A DNA stretch of 64,000 nt, taken from an uncultured Bacteroidota bacterium. GTDB lineage: Bacteria > Bacteroidota > Ignavibacteria > UBA10030 > UBA6906. Positions 17,165-26,752 of this stretch are shown here, in pieces (the stretch's first letter is position 1; every line of letters begins with the position of its first letter). Below the pieces are notes generated by a model that searched no databases, had not been told where the DNA came from, and saw only the letters and a program-made list of their open reading frames with translations. The DNA is taken from assembly GCA_963700635.1 (NCBI GenBank), contig CAVOYH010000003.1, positions 1,792,001 through 1,856,000 on the forward strand, in the 5' to 3' direction. Made by a program: the position numbers and the translations under genes.

Positions 17165-19414
17165 ATGAAACGTCGACAGTTTCTGAAAACACCTGCTGTG
17201 ACGCTGCTCCTGCCCGCCGCCGGAAGTCTTGCCGCATTTGAGTCCATGTCTGCCATGGAGTCCTTCGCTGCAGGCGAACAGTCTGCACCCTCCCCCGGTG
17301 CGATCGAACAGCGGATTCACCCCGACTTCGTTACGTATCGGTCCGGAATCGAGTACTTCTTTCTGGGAAATGGTGACATGCAGGCGGCGGTCCAGTATGC
17401 TCCTGACCGGTCTGATGCCCATCCGCCGTCATTCGTCGGATTGACGCTGATGGATGCGGAGCACTTCTCGCGCAAATGGAGCACCTATCTGTTCCATCCG
17501 GAGCGGGGGTATGAGAACTCGGCGCTCGCCGTCGCGTACGCCGGGAAGGGGTATTCTGTGAAACCGGAAAACCTCGGCGGGGTGGCGTGGACCCTCCTCG
17601 AAAACGTCCCGGTGGTGCGCATCACCTGGAAAGCAGGTGCGCTTGATGTTACGGAAGAATTGTATGTCCCCGACCAGGGAGGATATCTGATCCGCCAGGT
17701 CAGGATTCACAATACCGGTCCTGCCGTCGACGATCTCCGCGTGAGTCTTCCCCTTGTCCCAAATTTTGCCATATTCGACGACATCGGAACCGAGGCGTCG
17801 ACGGGTACGGTCTTCGGACGGGGGTATACCGAGGTTACGCTGCGATGCCTCGACGGGGAAGTCGAAACTGCAGGGAGATATGTACTCAACGTCCGGCCGG
17901 GTGCGCTGTCGGCTCAGGGCGATGCACTCGTCCGGTTCGTCTACACCATCCGCCCCGGCACGCCTCCGCTGCGTGCGCGCGATATGCAGGGTGTATGGAA
18001 GAAGACGGTCGCCTACTGGCGCGACAAACCGGTCCTTCGCACGGGGGATGAGGTGATCGACCGGCTCGCAATGCTTGCGCGAACCGGTTTGAAGTCGCAA
18101 CTCGGCCGTAGCGGAAAACGCGACAGCGGCTACTGGATGTACAATATGGAATGGGTGCGTGACGATGTCATGATGCTCCAGGCCATGGCAATGGCGGGAT
18201 TTCAGGATGAGGCCCGGACGGTTCTCGTCAAGATCCTCGACAAAGCGGTCGGCCCTGACGGCTGTGCGATCGAATCCAGCCGGTGGTCAGGGTACGACTA
18301 CACCGAACTGGACCAGAACGGACAAATTCTTTTCGCGGCGTGGACGTACGCCTCCTGGACAGGCGATATGGATCTCATCCGGAAATTCTGGAAGAAAATC
18401 GTGCTCGCCGGCGATTTCCCGCTTATGGACGTGTTCAGGGACCCGACCACACGGCTTCTCCGGAACAAGAGGGAATTCTGGGAGAGGGATGACAGGTTCG
18501 GGGTGGAAGACGGCTATGAACTCGTCTATCAGTTCTGGGTGGCATACGGTCTCGAACTCGGGAGTTCACTCGCACGCGCCGTGGGCGACACCAGGACGGC
18601 AGAACGCTGGTCACGCGCCTCTGCCGAGCTCAAAGAGATCATGACGAATCATCCGACACTCCGGTTCGTGGAGAATGGGCATCTCATCAAACGGCGGACA
18701 CGGAAAGGGGAATGGCAGCGGTACTTTGTTCCCCCCGACCGCGCCCACATGCCGCCGGGGTCGCCCATTGCCACCATCGAAAAGCCGGAGTGTGATCCGG
18801 ACACCGGTACGCTCTTCCCGATTATCTTCGGATATGTTGATCCCCGCGGGCCCGTCGCGGCCGCGACGCTTCGCTATATGGAAACGCTGTGGAACCAGCG
18901 GTGGGACTTTGGCGGGTATTCGCGCTACAACACCGACAGCGAACCGGATCCTCCCGGGCCGTGGCCAATCACTTCGATACTGGTGGCACGGGCTGCGATC
19001 GAAGCGGGGGACTCTGATCGTGTCTGGCGCGCCCTTCGATGGGTCGCCGGGATCCACGGCGGAAAGTCCGGCGGATGGTTTGAGCGGTATGGTGCGAGCA
19101 TCACTCCGCCCGCCCCTCCAGTCTCGGTTGTGGGCTGGAACTGGGCGGAAATCACGGTTTTTGCCATCCAGCACCTGATGGGATTCCGCCCCGATCTGGA
19201 CGGGATTGAGCTCCGGCCCATGCTCCTGCCCGGCCTCACCTCGATGACCACGCGGTTCTCCGTGCGGGGTGCGTATGTCGACATGACGGTCCGGCGTGGT
19301 GCGCCTGCCGGGGCCACGGCAAACGGTGCCGGGATCGCATGGGCGGACGGAAAAGGCCGTCTCCCGTATCCCGGTAAAGGAAAGACTGTCAAGGTCGAAA
19401 TCACGACTCCCTGA
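17165..19414 (+). CDS. Tat-exported GH15-like six-hairpin glycosidase
   Basis: MKRRQFLK Tat motif; YNMEWVRDD, ELDQNG, EFWERDD...DGY, GGYSRY..D....GPWP and GWFE resemble GH15 glucoamylase-like barrels. Confidence 0.7.
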   Translation: MKRRQFLKTPAVTLLLPAAGSLAAFESMSAMESFAAGEQSAPSPGAIEQRIHPDFVTYRSGIEYFFLGNGDMQAAVQYAPDRSDAHPPSFVGLTLMDAEHFSRKWSTYLFHPERGYENSALAVAYAGKGYSVKPENLGGVAWTLLENVPVVRITWKAGALDVTEELYVPDQGGYLIRQVRIHNTGPAVDDLRVSLPLVPNFAIFDDIGTEASTGTVFGRGYTEVTLRCLDGEVETAGRYVLNVRPGALSAQGDALVRFVYTIRPGTPPLRARDMQGVWKKTVAYWRDKPVLRTGDEVIDRLAMLARTGLKSQLGRSGKRDSGYWMYNMEWVRDDVMMLQAMAMAGFQDEARTVLVKILDKAVGPDGCAIESSRWSGYDYTELDQNGQILFAAWTYASWTGDMDLIRKFWKKIVLAGDFPLMDVFRDPTTRLLRNKREFWERDDRFGVEDGYELVYQFWVAYGLELGSSLARAVGDTRTAERWSRASAELKEIMTNHPTLRFVENGHLIKRRTRKGEWQRYFVPPDRAHMPPGSPIATIEKPECDPDTGTLFPIIFGYVDPRGPVAAATLRYMETLWNQRWDFGGYSRYNTDSEPDPPGPWPITSILVARAAIEAGDSDRVWRALRWVAGIHGGKSGGWFERYGASITPPAPPVSVVGWNWAEITVFAIQHLMGFRPDLDGIELRPMLLPGLTSMTTRFSVRGAYVDMTVRRGAPAGATANGAGIAWADGKGRLPYPGKGKTVKVEITTP

Positions 19415-19464
19415 TATCAGGCAGGGTTGGTTTTTCACGCACCAAGGAAAGTGTTGGGCTGACG

Positions 19465-20752
19465 ATGAGACGATCAACATTTCTGAAAACTGTGGTTTCC
19501 GGCGCTGCAGGGAGCCTGCTGCTGCCCGCACATGAACAGCGCACAGGCATCTCCCGTACTCTCCCCACCCTGGCCTCCGTTCACACCCGATGATGATCGC
19601 TTCTGGAAATTCCTGCGCGAGCAGTTTCCTCTGACTCAGGAACGGGCATATCTGAACACCGGAGGGCTCGGTGCGTCCCCGTATGCGGTGATTGACACGG
19701 TCAAGGCCACGATGGACGAACTCGAGAAGATATCGGAGACGGGCCACAACGAGGAACTCTGGAACACCGTGAAGAACGACGCGGCAGCACTGCTGGGCTG
19801 TGATGCGGGAGAGCTGGCCTTCACGCGGAACACGACGGAAGGTATCAACATCGTTGCAAACGGTTTCCCTCTCAAAGCGGGCGACGAGGTAATCCTGACC
19901 ACCCATGAGCATGTCGGAAACGCGCTACCATGGGTTGCTCTCGCACAGAGCAGGGGAGTTGTTCTCCGCCTTTTTGAACCGTCGACCGCTTCGGCGGAGG
20001 AAAATGTCAACCGTATCACGAAACTGCTGGGCAGACGGACCCGCCTGATCAGCATACCTCACGCCGTGACTACTACCGGGCTGATTCTTCCCGTGAAAGC
20101 GATCTGCGACCTGGCGCACTCCCGCGGCATGTGGTGTTTTCTCGACGGAGCACAGACCGCCGGGATGACCCCGTTCGATCTCCATGACATCGGCTGTGAT
20201 GCATACGCGACCAGCGGCCACAAGTGGCTCCTGGGCCCCAAGGAGACAGGATTGTTGTATGTGCGGAAAGAGATGCTCGACACTATTACACCCCGGTTTG
20301 TCGGCGCATATTCCTCCGGCGAGTACGATTTCCTGAAAGGGACGATGACGTTTCATCCCGAAGCGCAGCGATACGAATACGGGACCGTGAGCGTGCCCCT
20401 GCGGGCGGGTCTGGGTGCTGCCATTGCGTTCATCCGGCGGATCGGTATCGACAGGGTCTGGGCATATGACCTCTCCCTTGCGAACCGTCTGAGTGACGGC
20501 CTTCGCGGGATACCGGGCGTGCAGGTGCTCTCGCCGTCCGATCCGGCACTCCGTTCAGCGATGACAACATTCATGCATGACCGTATCCCTCATCTGGAAC
20601 TCCAGGAGCATTTGAACACGTTCGACCTCCGCACACGGAGTGTAACTGAAGGTGGCCTTGCGGCATTGCGGGTGTCGACGCACGTGTACAATTCTGTCGA
20701 TGAAGTCGATCGTGTCCTTGACGGAGTTCGCACCGCCAAACCCAGGTCCTAG
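19465..20752 (+). CDS. Class V PLP-dependent enzyme (isopenicillin-N epimerase/cysteine lyase-like) with Tat signal; +1 frameshift near 19530
   Basis: ORF 19532..20752 has YLNTGGLG, TRNTTEG, HEH, DGAQ, SGHKW (PLP Lys) and RVSTHVYN. Upstream ATG 19465 encodes MRRSTFLKTVVSGAAGSLLLP one base out of frame. Confidence 0.85.
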
Positions 20753-20781
20753 ACCCCTTACTCCACAGCCTCGACCCCACA

Positions 20782-22662
20782 ATGAAATCTGTCAATATTT
20801 ACGACTACATCGTTATCGGCGCATACTTTCTGTTCATGCTCGGAATCGGTGTCTACTTCATGCGCATCAACAAGGGGGGAAGGGAGTACTTTGCCGGCGG
20901 CAGCATGATTCCCTGGTGGGTTTCCGGGATGACACTGTACATGGCCAATTTCAGCGCATGGTCATTCACGGGGGCTGCCGGATTCATCTACACCACGGGG
21001 TGGTTCCCGCTATTCTGGTTCGGCAGCGGTGCGTTCGCATATGTCGCCGGCACGCTTCTGACCGCAAAGCGGTGGCGGAGGACGCGGGCGATTTCACCGG
21101 TCGAGTACACCTACACGCGGTACAACGTGCCGACGCAGCAGTTCTTCAGCTGGGTCATCTCCATCAACTTCACGCTGTCGGCCGGCGTGCAGCTTGCGTC
21201 CACCTGCAAGCTGCTTGCGCCGATCATCGGGATGGAAATCGTGACGGTTACGCTGGTGACCGGTGTGGTGATTCTCCTGTACACGTTCCTGGGCGGGATC
21301 TGGGCCGTCTCTGTGACGGATGTGGTCCAGGGGGTCATCCTCCTGGCCACTGTCGCCGTCATCGTTCCGCTGAGCCTGTATCAGGTCGGAGGGTTTGAGA
21401 CGCTGGTGGAAAAGCTTCCGCCGCTCTCGTTCGAGCATGTGTACAACGGTGTGGTCTACAATGAGCACTGGCTCATCGCCATGTTTTTCATCGCTACCAT
21501 CGGGTTTGCCGGGGGTGCAGGTCAGCGGTTCTATTCCGTGAAGGACGAACGGTCAGCGGTGAAGGTCGGACTTCTCGCAGGCGGGCTCTCGCTGCTCGGG
21601 CCGTTGATGCTTGGCGTTCCTCCCCTCGTTGCCCGTGTCATGTGGCCGGATCTGAGCACGGTCGACTTCTTCAAGCCCTATCTGGGGAACAACCCGCAGG
21701 ATCTCGTGTATGTGGCACTCTGCCTGAAGTTTCTTCCCAACGGCCTCATCGGCGTGTTCGTAGCTGCCATGCTCGCGGCAACAATGAGCACCCTGAGTGC
21801 GGTGTACAACATGGTCTCGGCAATATTCGCACGGGACATGTACCAGGGGTTGTTCAAGCGGTCGACGCGCGATGAGGATCTCCTGCGGATCGGACGAAAG
21901 GCGTCGATCGTGATCGGGTTGATCGTGACCGGTCTGGCGGTGGCCTTCGTAACCAGTCAGTTCGGCATCTTCAATCTTATGCAGGTGTTTTTCACGCTCT
22001 TCAATATTCCCGTGGCTATTCCGCTGGCATTCGGGCTTCTCTTCCGCAGGATACCGAAGTGGTCGGCGGTGGGGGGCATCAGCTGGGGACTGCTGGCGGG
22101 TCTGGCGGGGAGATATCTGCTCGGGTGGACGATCGGGCCGCAGGTGTACCTGTCGATCGTCATGACCTTCAGCATCTTCGCCTCGTCGGTCTGGACTGCC
22201 GAGCTGTACCGCCGGAACAAGGTGGCACTCGGAGTCCTCAGTGCTGCGGTGGCCATCATCATTGGCATGTTCTTCGAGTACACTGTTGCGGTTCCACTGA
22301 CAGGGACGATACAAGGGCTGATCTGGGCGTGTGCGGCGGCATACGGCCTGAGTCTCCCGGGCTTTGCGCGGCTCTTCACGCTTGAAACAGACGAGACCCG
22401 TAGAATCGTGGCGGAGTTTTTCAAGAAACTGGACACCCCTGTGGACGTGCAGGTGGAGGTGTTCGGCGCCGGGCGCAAGCAGGTTTCCGTTTTTCCGCTC
22501 GTGGGTGGAACCACCATTATTATGGGTGCCCTGCTCAGCCTTGTGTTCCTGACGCCGCTGACGCCGGGCGAGGGGCGGGTCCTCGGCATTATTATCGGCA
22601 TCCTGATCATGTTCGGGACGGGCATGTGGTACTTTGGCAAGAAAGCAGAAATACGCGGTTGA
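20782..22662 (+). CDS. Sodium:solute symporter (SSS) family transporter 1
   Basis: 626 aa, highly hydrophobic; EYFAGG..IPWW, FSAWSFTGAAG, YTFLGG.WAVS.TD.VQ, QRFYS, AAMLAATMST. Confidence 0.92.
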   Translation: MKSVNIYDYIVIGAYFLFMLGIGVYFMRINKGGREYFAGGSMIPWWVSGMTLYMANFSAWSFTGAAGFIYTTGWFPLFWFGSGAFAYVAGTLLTAKRWRRTRAISPVEYTYTRYNVPTQQFFSWVISINFTLSAGVQLASTCKLLAPIIGMEIVTVTLVTGVVILLYTFLGGIWAVSVTDVVQGVILLATVAVIVPLSLYQVGGFETLVEKLPPLSFEHVYNGVVYNEHWLIAMFFIATIGFAGGAGQRFYSVKDERSAVKVGLLAGGLSLLGPLMLGVPPLVARVMWPDLSTVDFFKPYLGNNPQDLVYVALCLKFLPNGLIGVFVAAMLAATMSTLSAVYNMVSAIFARDMYQGLFKRSTRDEDLLRIGRKASIVIGLIVTGLAVAFVTSQFGIFNLMQVFFTLFNIPVAIPLAFGLLFRRIPKWSAVGGISWGLLAGLAGRYLLGWTIGPQVYLSIVMTFSIFASSVWTAELYRRNKVALGVLSAAVAIIIGMFFEYTVAVPLTGTIQGLIWACAAAYGLSLPGFARLFTLETDETRRIVAEFFKKLDTPVDVQVEVFGAGRKQVSVFPLVGGTTIIMGALLSLVFLTPLTPGEGRVLGIIIGILIMFGTGMWYFGKKAEIRG

Positions 22663-22684
22663 ATCGGAGAACGACGAAGGAGCT

Positions 22685-24613
22685 ATGATGAAAGCTGTCA
22701 ACATCTATGACTATATCGTCATTGGCGCCTATTTTTTCTTCATGCTTGGGATCGGGGTGTACTTCATGAAGATCAACAAAGGAGCCAAGGAATACTTCGC
22801 CGGTGGCAGCATGATCCCCTGGTGGGTGTCGGGCATGACACTCTACATGGCCAACTTCAGTGCCTGGACGTTTACCGGGGCCGCGGGATTTGCCTATGCC
22901 ACAGGGTGGTTTGCGATTCTGTATTTCGGAACCTGGTCGCTCTCGTATTTTGTGGGGTCCCAGATCACGGCCGCCAAATGGCGGCGTACCCGGTCGATCT
23001 CTCCGGTGGAATACACTTACACGCGGTTCAACTTCACCACCCAGCAGTTTCTCAGCATGGTGATCTCCTTGAACTTCACCCTGTCGGCGGGGGTGCAGCT
23101 GGCTGCAACGTGTAAACTGCTGGCGCCCGTGATGGATCTGGATATTGTGGCAGTCACGGTCGTGACGGGTGTGGTCATTCTTCTGTACACGTTCATGGGG
23201 GGGCTCTGGGCCGTCTCCATCACCGATGTGGTCCAGGGAGTGATTCTCCTGAGCATTACCTTTATCGTCATGCCGCTCGCGTTGAACCTCGTCGGCGGTC
23301 CGGGGATGTTGCTCCGGTCCGTACCCCCTCTGTCGTTCGACCACGTGTACAACGGCGTGCACTATACCGAGCACTGGCTAGTGTCGATTTTCCTGATCAT
23401 GTGTCTGGGAACTGCGGCCGGCGCCGCACAGCGGTTCTACAGCGTCAAGGACGAACGTGACGCGAAGCGGGTCGGCAAACTGGCAGGCGGTCTTTTTCTG
23501 ACCGTGCCGTTCGTGTTCGGCATCCCGCCGCTGGTCGCCCGGGTGATCTGGCCGGATCTGTCACAGATCGACTTCTTCAAGCCATACATCGGAAGTAATC
23601 CTCAGGACCTCGTGTTCATTGCGCTCTGCCTCAAGTTGTTACCCAATGGCCTGATCGGAGTTTTTCTCGCCGCTATGCTCGCGGCGACCATGAGCACGCT
23701 CAGCTCGGTCTACAATATGGTTTCGTCCATTCTGTCGCGGGACATCTATCAGGGATGGATCCGCCCCGACACCACTGACGAACGGTTGCTCACTGTGGGC
23801 CGGGTGTTTTCCCTGGCCATCGGCCTCCTCGTTGTCGTCCTGGCTGTGTTCTTTGTGACGAGCCAGTTCGGCATCTTCAACCTCATGCAGGCGTTCTTCA
23901 CGTTGCTCAACATCCCGGTTGTTGTGCCTGTCGCATTCGGTCTGATCTTCCGTCGCGTGCCGAAGTGGGCGGCGGTGGGCTCGATCGCCTGGGGTCTTGT
24001 GGTCGGCGTCACGACCAGGTATGCCCTTGGCTGGGACATCGGTCCGCAGGTCTATCTCGCGTTTGTAAGTTCATTTGGGATCTTCGTGGCGTCCTGGTGG
24101 ACAGGAAAGCTGTTCAGCGCGAGCAAAGCGGCGTTGACGCTGCTGTGCGCTGGCGTCGCGGCGGCGTTTGTCGGCGTCTACCTCTTTTCGCTTCCGGCAG
24201 GTGCCGCGGAATGGCAGCAGTGGACAGCCGCCGCAAGCGCGGTGGTTCTGGGCGCAAGTCTGTTTGGCTTCTCAAAGCTCTTTGCATCCGAGACAGCCGA
24301 ACAACGCGCTATCGTGGCCGAGTTTTTCAAGAAGCTCGACACGCCGGTCGATGTCGCCCGCGAGGTGTTCGGGGCGGGACGCAAACAGATTTCCACGTTC
24401 CCGCTGGTCGGAGGAACAACCATCGTCATGGGCGGCCTCATGAGCCTGATCTTTTTCACGGACATTTCGCCTCAGGAGCGGACCATCCTGGGCGTGATGG
24501 TCGTGATCATGGTCGTCTTCGGTGCGTTGATGTGGTTCTTCGGAAAGAAGTCGGAAATCCGCAGCGCCTCGCAGTATGAAAAGTCGACTCACCAGGACGG
24601 ACCCGGCTCATGA
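22685..24613 (+). CDS. Sodium:solute symporter (SSS) family transporter 2
   Basis: RBS AAGGAG before ATG 22685/22688; same motifs as transporter 1 and collinear with it. Confidence 0.92.
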   Translation: MMKAVNIYDYIVIGAYFFFMLGIGVYFMKINKGAKEYFAGGSMIPWWVSGMTLYMANFSAWTFTGAAGFAYATGWFAILYFGTWSLSYFVGSQITAAKWRRTRSISPVEYTYTRFNFTTQQFLSMVISLNFTLSAGVQLAATCKLLAPVMDLDIVAVTVVTGVVILLYTFMGGLWAVSITDVVQGVILLSITFIVMPLALNLVGGPGMLLRSVPPLSFDHVYNGVHYTEHWLVSIFLIMCLGTAAGAAQRFYSVKDERDAKRVGKLAGGLFLTVPFVFGIPPLVARVIWPDLSQIDFFKPYIGSNPQDLVFIALCLKLLPNGLIGVFLAAMLAATMSTLSSVYNMVSSILSRDIYQGWIRPDTTDERLLTVGRVFSLAIGLLVVVLAVFFVTSQFGIFNLMQAFFTLLNIPVVVPVAFGLIFRRVPKWAAVGSIAWGLVVGVTTRYALGWDIGPQVYLAFVSSFGIFVASWWTGKLFSASKAALTLLCAGVAAAFVGVYLFSLPAGAAEWQQWTAAASAVVLGASLFGFSKLFASETAEQRAIVAEFFKKLDTPVDVAREVFGAGRKQISTFPLVGGTTIVMGGLMSLIFFTDISPQERTILGVMVVIMVVFGALMWFFGKKSEIRSASQYEKSTHQDGPGS

Positions 24614-25887
24614 ACGTGCATCTGGCGTACGGCAGGGCCGGGTTGGATGTCGACATTCCCGACCGGAATCTTCTCGGGGTTCTGACTATGCCGCATACGG
24701 ACCCCGTGGATGATCCGGTGAAGATCCTGCATGCGCTTCTGGAGACCCCGATGGGGGGGCACCCTCTGGCTGTCGTGGCACGGGGAGCGCGGTCGGCGTG
24801 TATCGTTGTGTGCGACATCACGCGTCCGGTGCCAAACAGTGTGCTGTTGCCTCCCGTTCTCAGTGTGCTGCAGCAGGCCGGCGTCCCGCAAGAGCGTACG
24901 ACGATTCTCATTGCCACGGGTCTGCATCGCCCGAGTTCACCCGAGGAACGTGTGCAGCTCCTGGGGGAGGGGATCGCCCGCTCCACCAGGATCGTCGACC
25001 ATCATGCGCGTGTCCCGGAGGAGCAGAGGTCACTCGGGACAACACGGCGTGGCACGCCCGTCTTTGTGGATGAAGCCTACTGTGCGGCCGACGTGAAGAT
25101 CACCACCGGTTTCATCGAACCGCACCTCATGGCCGGGTTTTCGGGCGGCCGGAAGCTCATCGCGCCGGGCTGTGCGGGCGAGGAAACCATCAAAGCCCTG
25201 CACAGCCCTACGTTCATCGAGCATCCCCTCTGCCGCGAAGGGAGCCTCGAGGGAAACCCCCTTCACGAGGAACTTCTTGCCATCGCCCGGATGGCAGGGC
25301 ATGATTTCATGGTGAACGTGGCTCTGGATGCCGACCGGAGGATAACCGGGTTGTTTGTCGGTGATCCACTGGAAGCGCATGAGCGCGGTGTGATTCACGT
25401 CCGCCGGGCGGTGAGTGCGACGCTCCCCGAGCCTGCGGACATCGTGGTGACGACAAGCGCCGGATACCCGCTGGACCTGACGCTCTACCAGGCCGTGAAG
25501 GGGATGACCGCTGCAGCCCCGGTCCTCAAACGGGGGGGCACGATGGTGATCGCTGCGGAGTGCGCGGAGGGAATGGGGAGCCGGGAATTCACGTCGATGG
25601 CGACCGGGTACCCCTCCGCCCGACATTTTCTGGACAGCCTGCAGCACACGCCCGTCCGGATCGATCAATGGCAGCTCGAGGAATGCGCCAAGGTCGCACT
25701 GGACCGCGAGGTCATCCTGGTTGCCCGGGGGATTCCGGCCGCAGATCGGAAAAAGCTCTTTATCGACAGCGCAGACAGTGTGGAGGAGGGGCTCCGGATG
25801 GCGCTGCGGCGGCATGGCGACGATGCCCGTGTCGCAGTGATCCCCAGGGGGCCCTACACACTCGTTGGTGTACCTTCTCCGGAGTGA
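24610..25887 (+). CDS. larA: LarA-family nickel-pincer-dependent racemase/epimerase
   Basis: DITRP, IATGLHR, VDHH, GFIEPHLMAGFSGGRK, KALH, GYPLD.TLYQAVKG, AECAEG, DQWQ; ATGA overlap with the symporter. The symbol denotes the family; the substrate is unknown. Confidence 0.9.
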   Translation: MNVHLAYGRAGLDVDIPDRNLLGVLTMPHTDPVDDPVKILHALLETPMGGHPLAVVARGARSACIVVCDITRPVPNSVLLPPVLSVLQQAGVPQERTTILIATGLHRPSSPEERVQLLGEGIARSTRIVDHHARVPEEQRSLGTTRRGTPVFVDEAYCAADVKITTGFIEPHLMAGFSGGRKLIAPGCAGEETIKALHSPTFIEHPLCREGSLEGNPLHEELLAIARMAGHDFMVNVALDADRRITGLFVGDPLEAHERGVIHVRRAVSATLPEPADIVVTTSAGYPLDLTLYQAVKGMTAAAPVLKRGGTMVIAAECAEGMGSREFTSMATGYPSARHFLDSLQHTPVRIDQWQLEECAKVALDREVILVARGIPAADRKKLFIDSADSVEEGLRMALRRHGDDARVAVIPRGPYTLVGVPSPE

Positions 25888-25897
25888 TGTTTTTTCC

Positions 25898-25928
25898 TTG
25901 TTCTTCCAGTGGCATTGTGTTATCTTTG
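25898..25928 (+). promoter_or_regulatory. Putative promoter of the IclR-led operon
   Basis: TTGTTC (25898-25903), 17-nt spacer ending TGT, TATCTT (25921-25926). TATCTTTG also fits the Bacteroidota TAnnTTTG element. Confidence 0.55.
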
Positions 25929-25932
25929 CACT

Positions 25933-25960
25933 AATAAAACGTTGTTTAATTGAATAAACA
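25933..25960. promoter_or_regulatory. Candidate IclR-family operator, copy 2 (autoregulatory)
   Basis: Imperfect palindrome AATAAAACGTTGTTTAATT (25933-25951) plus GAATAAACA, between the -10 box and the IclR start codon. Confidence 0.6.
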
Positions 25961-25969
25961 GCGCTGACC

Positions 25970-26752
25970 ATGGCAAACGAATACACCGTTCCCGCGGTCT
26001 ATCGGGCTGTTCAGGTGCTGGAGATCCTTGCAGGGGCGCACACCGGCTTCTCGCTTGCCGACCTCTCCCGACAGACTGGCATCCCCAAGAGTTCATTGTT
26101 CCGTATCCTTCTCACCCTTGAGAAGTCCTCGATCGTGCAGCTCGACCGTGACCGCAACGTGTTCAATCTCGGTGTGAAGCTGATTGACTGGGGAAATCGG
26201 GCCCTGGACAAGATCGACCTGAAAACCATCACCCACCCGCATCTTATGCGGATGGCTCATGAGACCCGCGAGAGTTACTACGTTGCCGTGCTTGACGAGT
26301 ATGAGGTGATCATCATTGACCGGGCCGACACGCCGGAAATCTGGCGCATGGTGGCACGGCTCGGCCAACGCTCTCCCGTCCACGCAACCGCATCGGGCCA
26401 GATTCTCATTGCGGAGGCCGGCGAGGAGGTGTTGGATGCGGTGGTAGCCCGCTCGGCGCTCAAGAAGTTCACGCCCCGCACGCTCACCACCGTCTCCCGT
26501 ATCAAAGACCGGCTGCGCGAGATCCGGCGCAGCGGCTATGTTGTTGCGGACGCAGAATACAAGCTGGACCTGTGCGTCATCGCCGTGCCCATCAGGGACC
26601 ACCACGGCAAGGTCGTCGCCGCCCTGATGACGGCGCTTCCATCGGAACGGCTGAAACGCAACCGTCTCCTCTCACATCAGATTGTGGAAATCCTCAAACG
26701 GGAGGGTTTTGTGATCTCCCGTGAAATTGGATATCAGGGATCGCCCGCATGA
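25970..26752 (+). CDS. IclR-family transcriptional regulator
   Basis: VPAVYRAVQVLE, HTH LADLSRQTGIPKSSLFRIL, G.RSPVHATASGQ, FTPRTL, IAVPIRD. Confidence 0.93.
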   Translation: MANEYTVPAVYRAVQVLEILAGAHTGFSLADLSRQTGIPKSSLFRILLTLEKSSIVQLDRDRNVFNLGVKLIDWGNRALDKIDLKTITHPHLMRMAHETRESYYVAVLDEYEVIIIDRADTPEIWRMVARLGQRSPVHATASGQILIAEAGEEVLDAVVARSALKKFTPRTLTTVSRIKDRLREIRRSGYVVADAEYKLDLCVIAVPIRDHHGKVVAALMTALPSERLKRNRLLSHQIVEILKREGFVISREIGYQGSPA

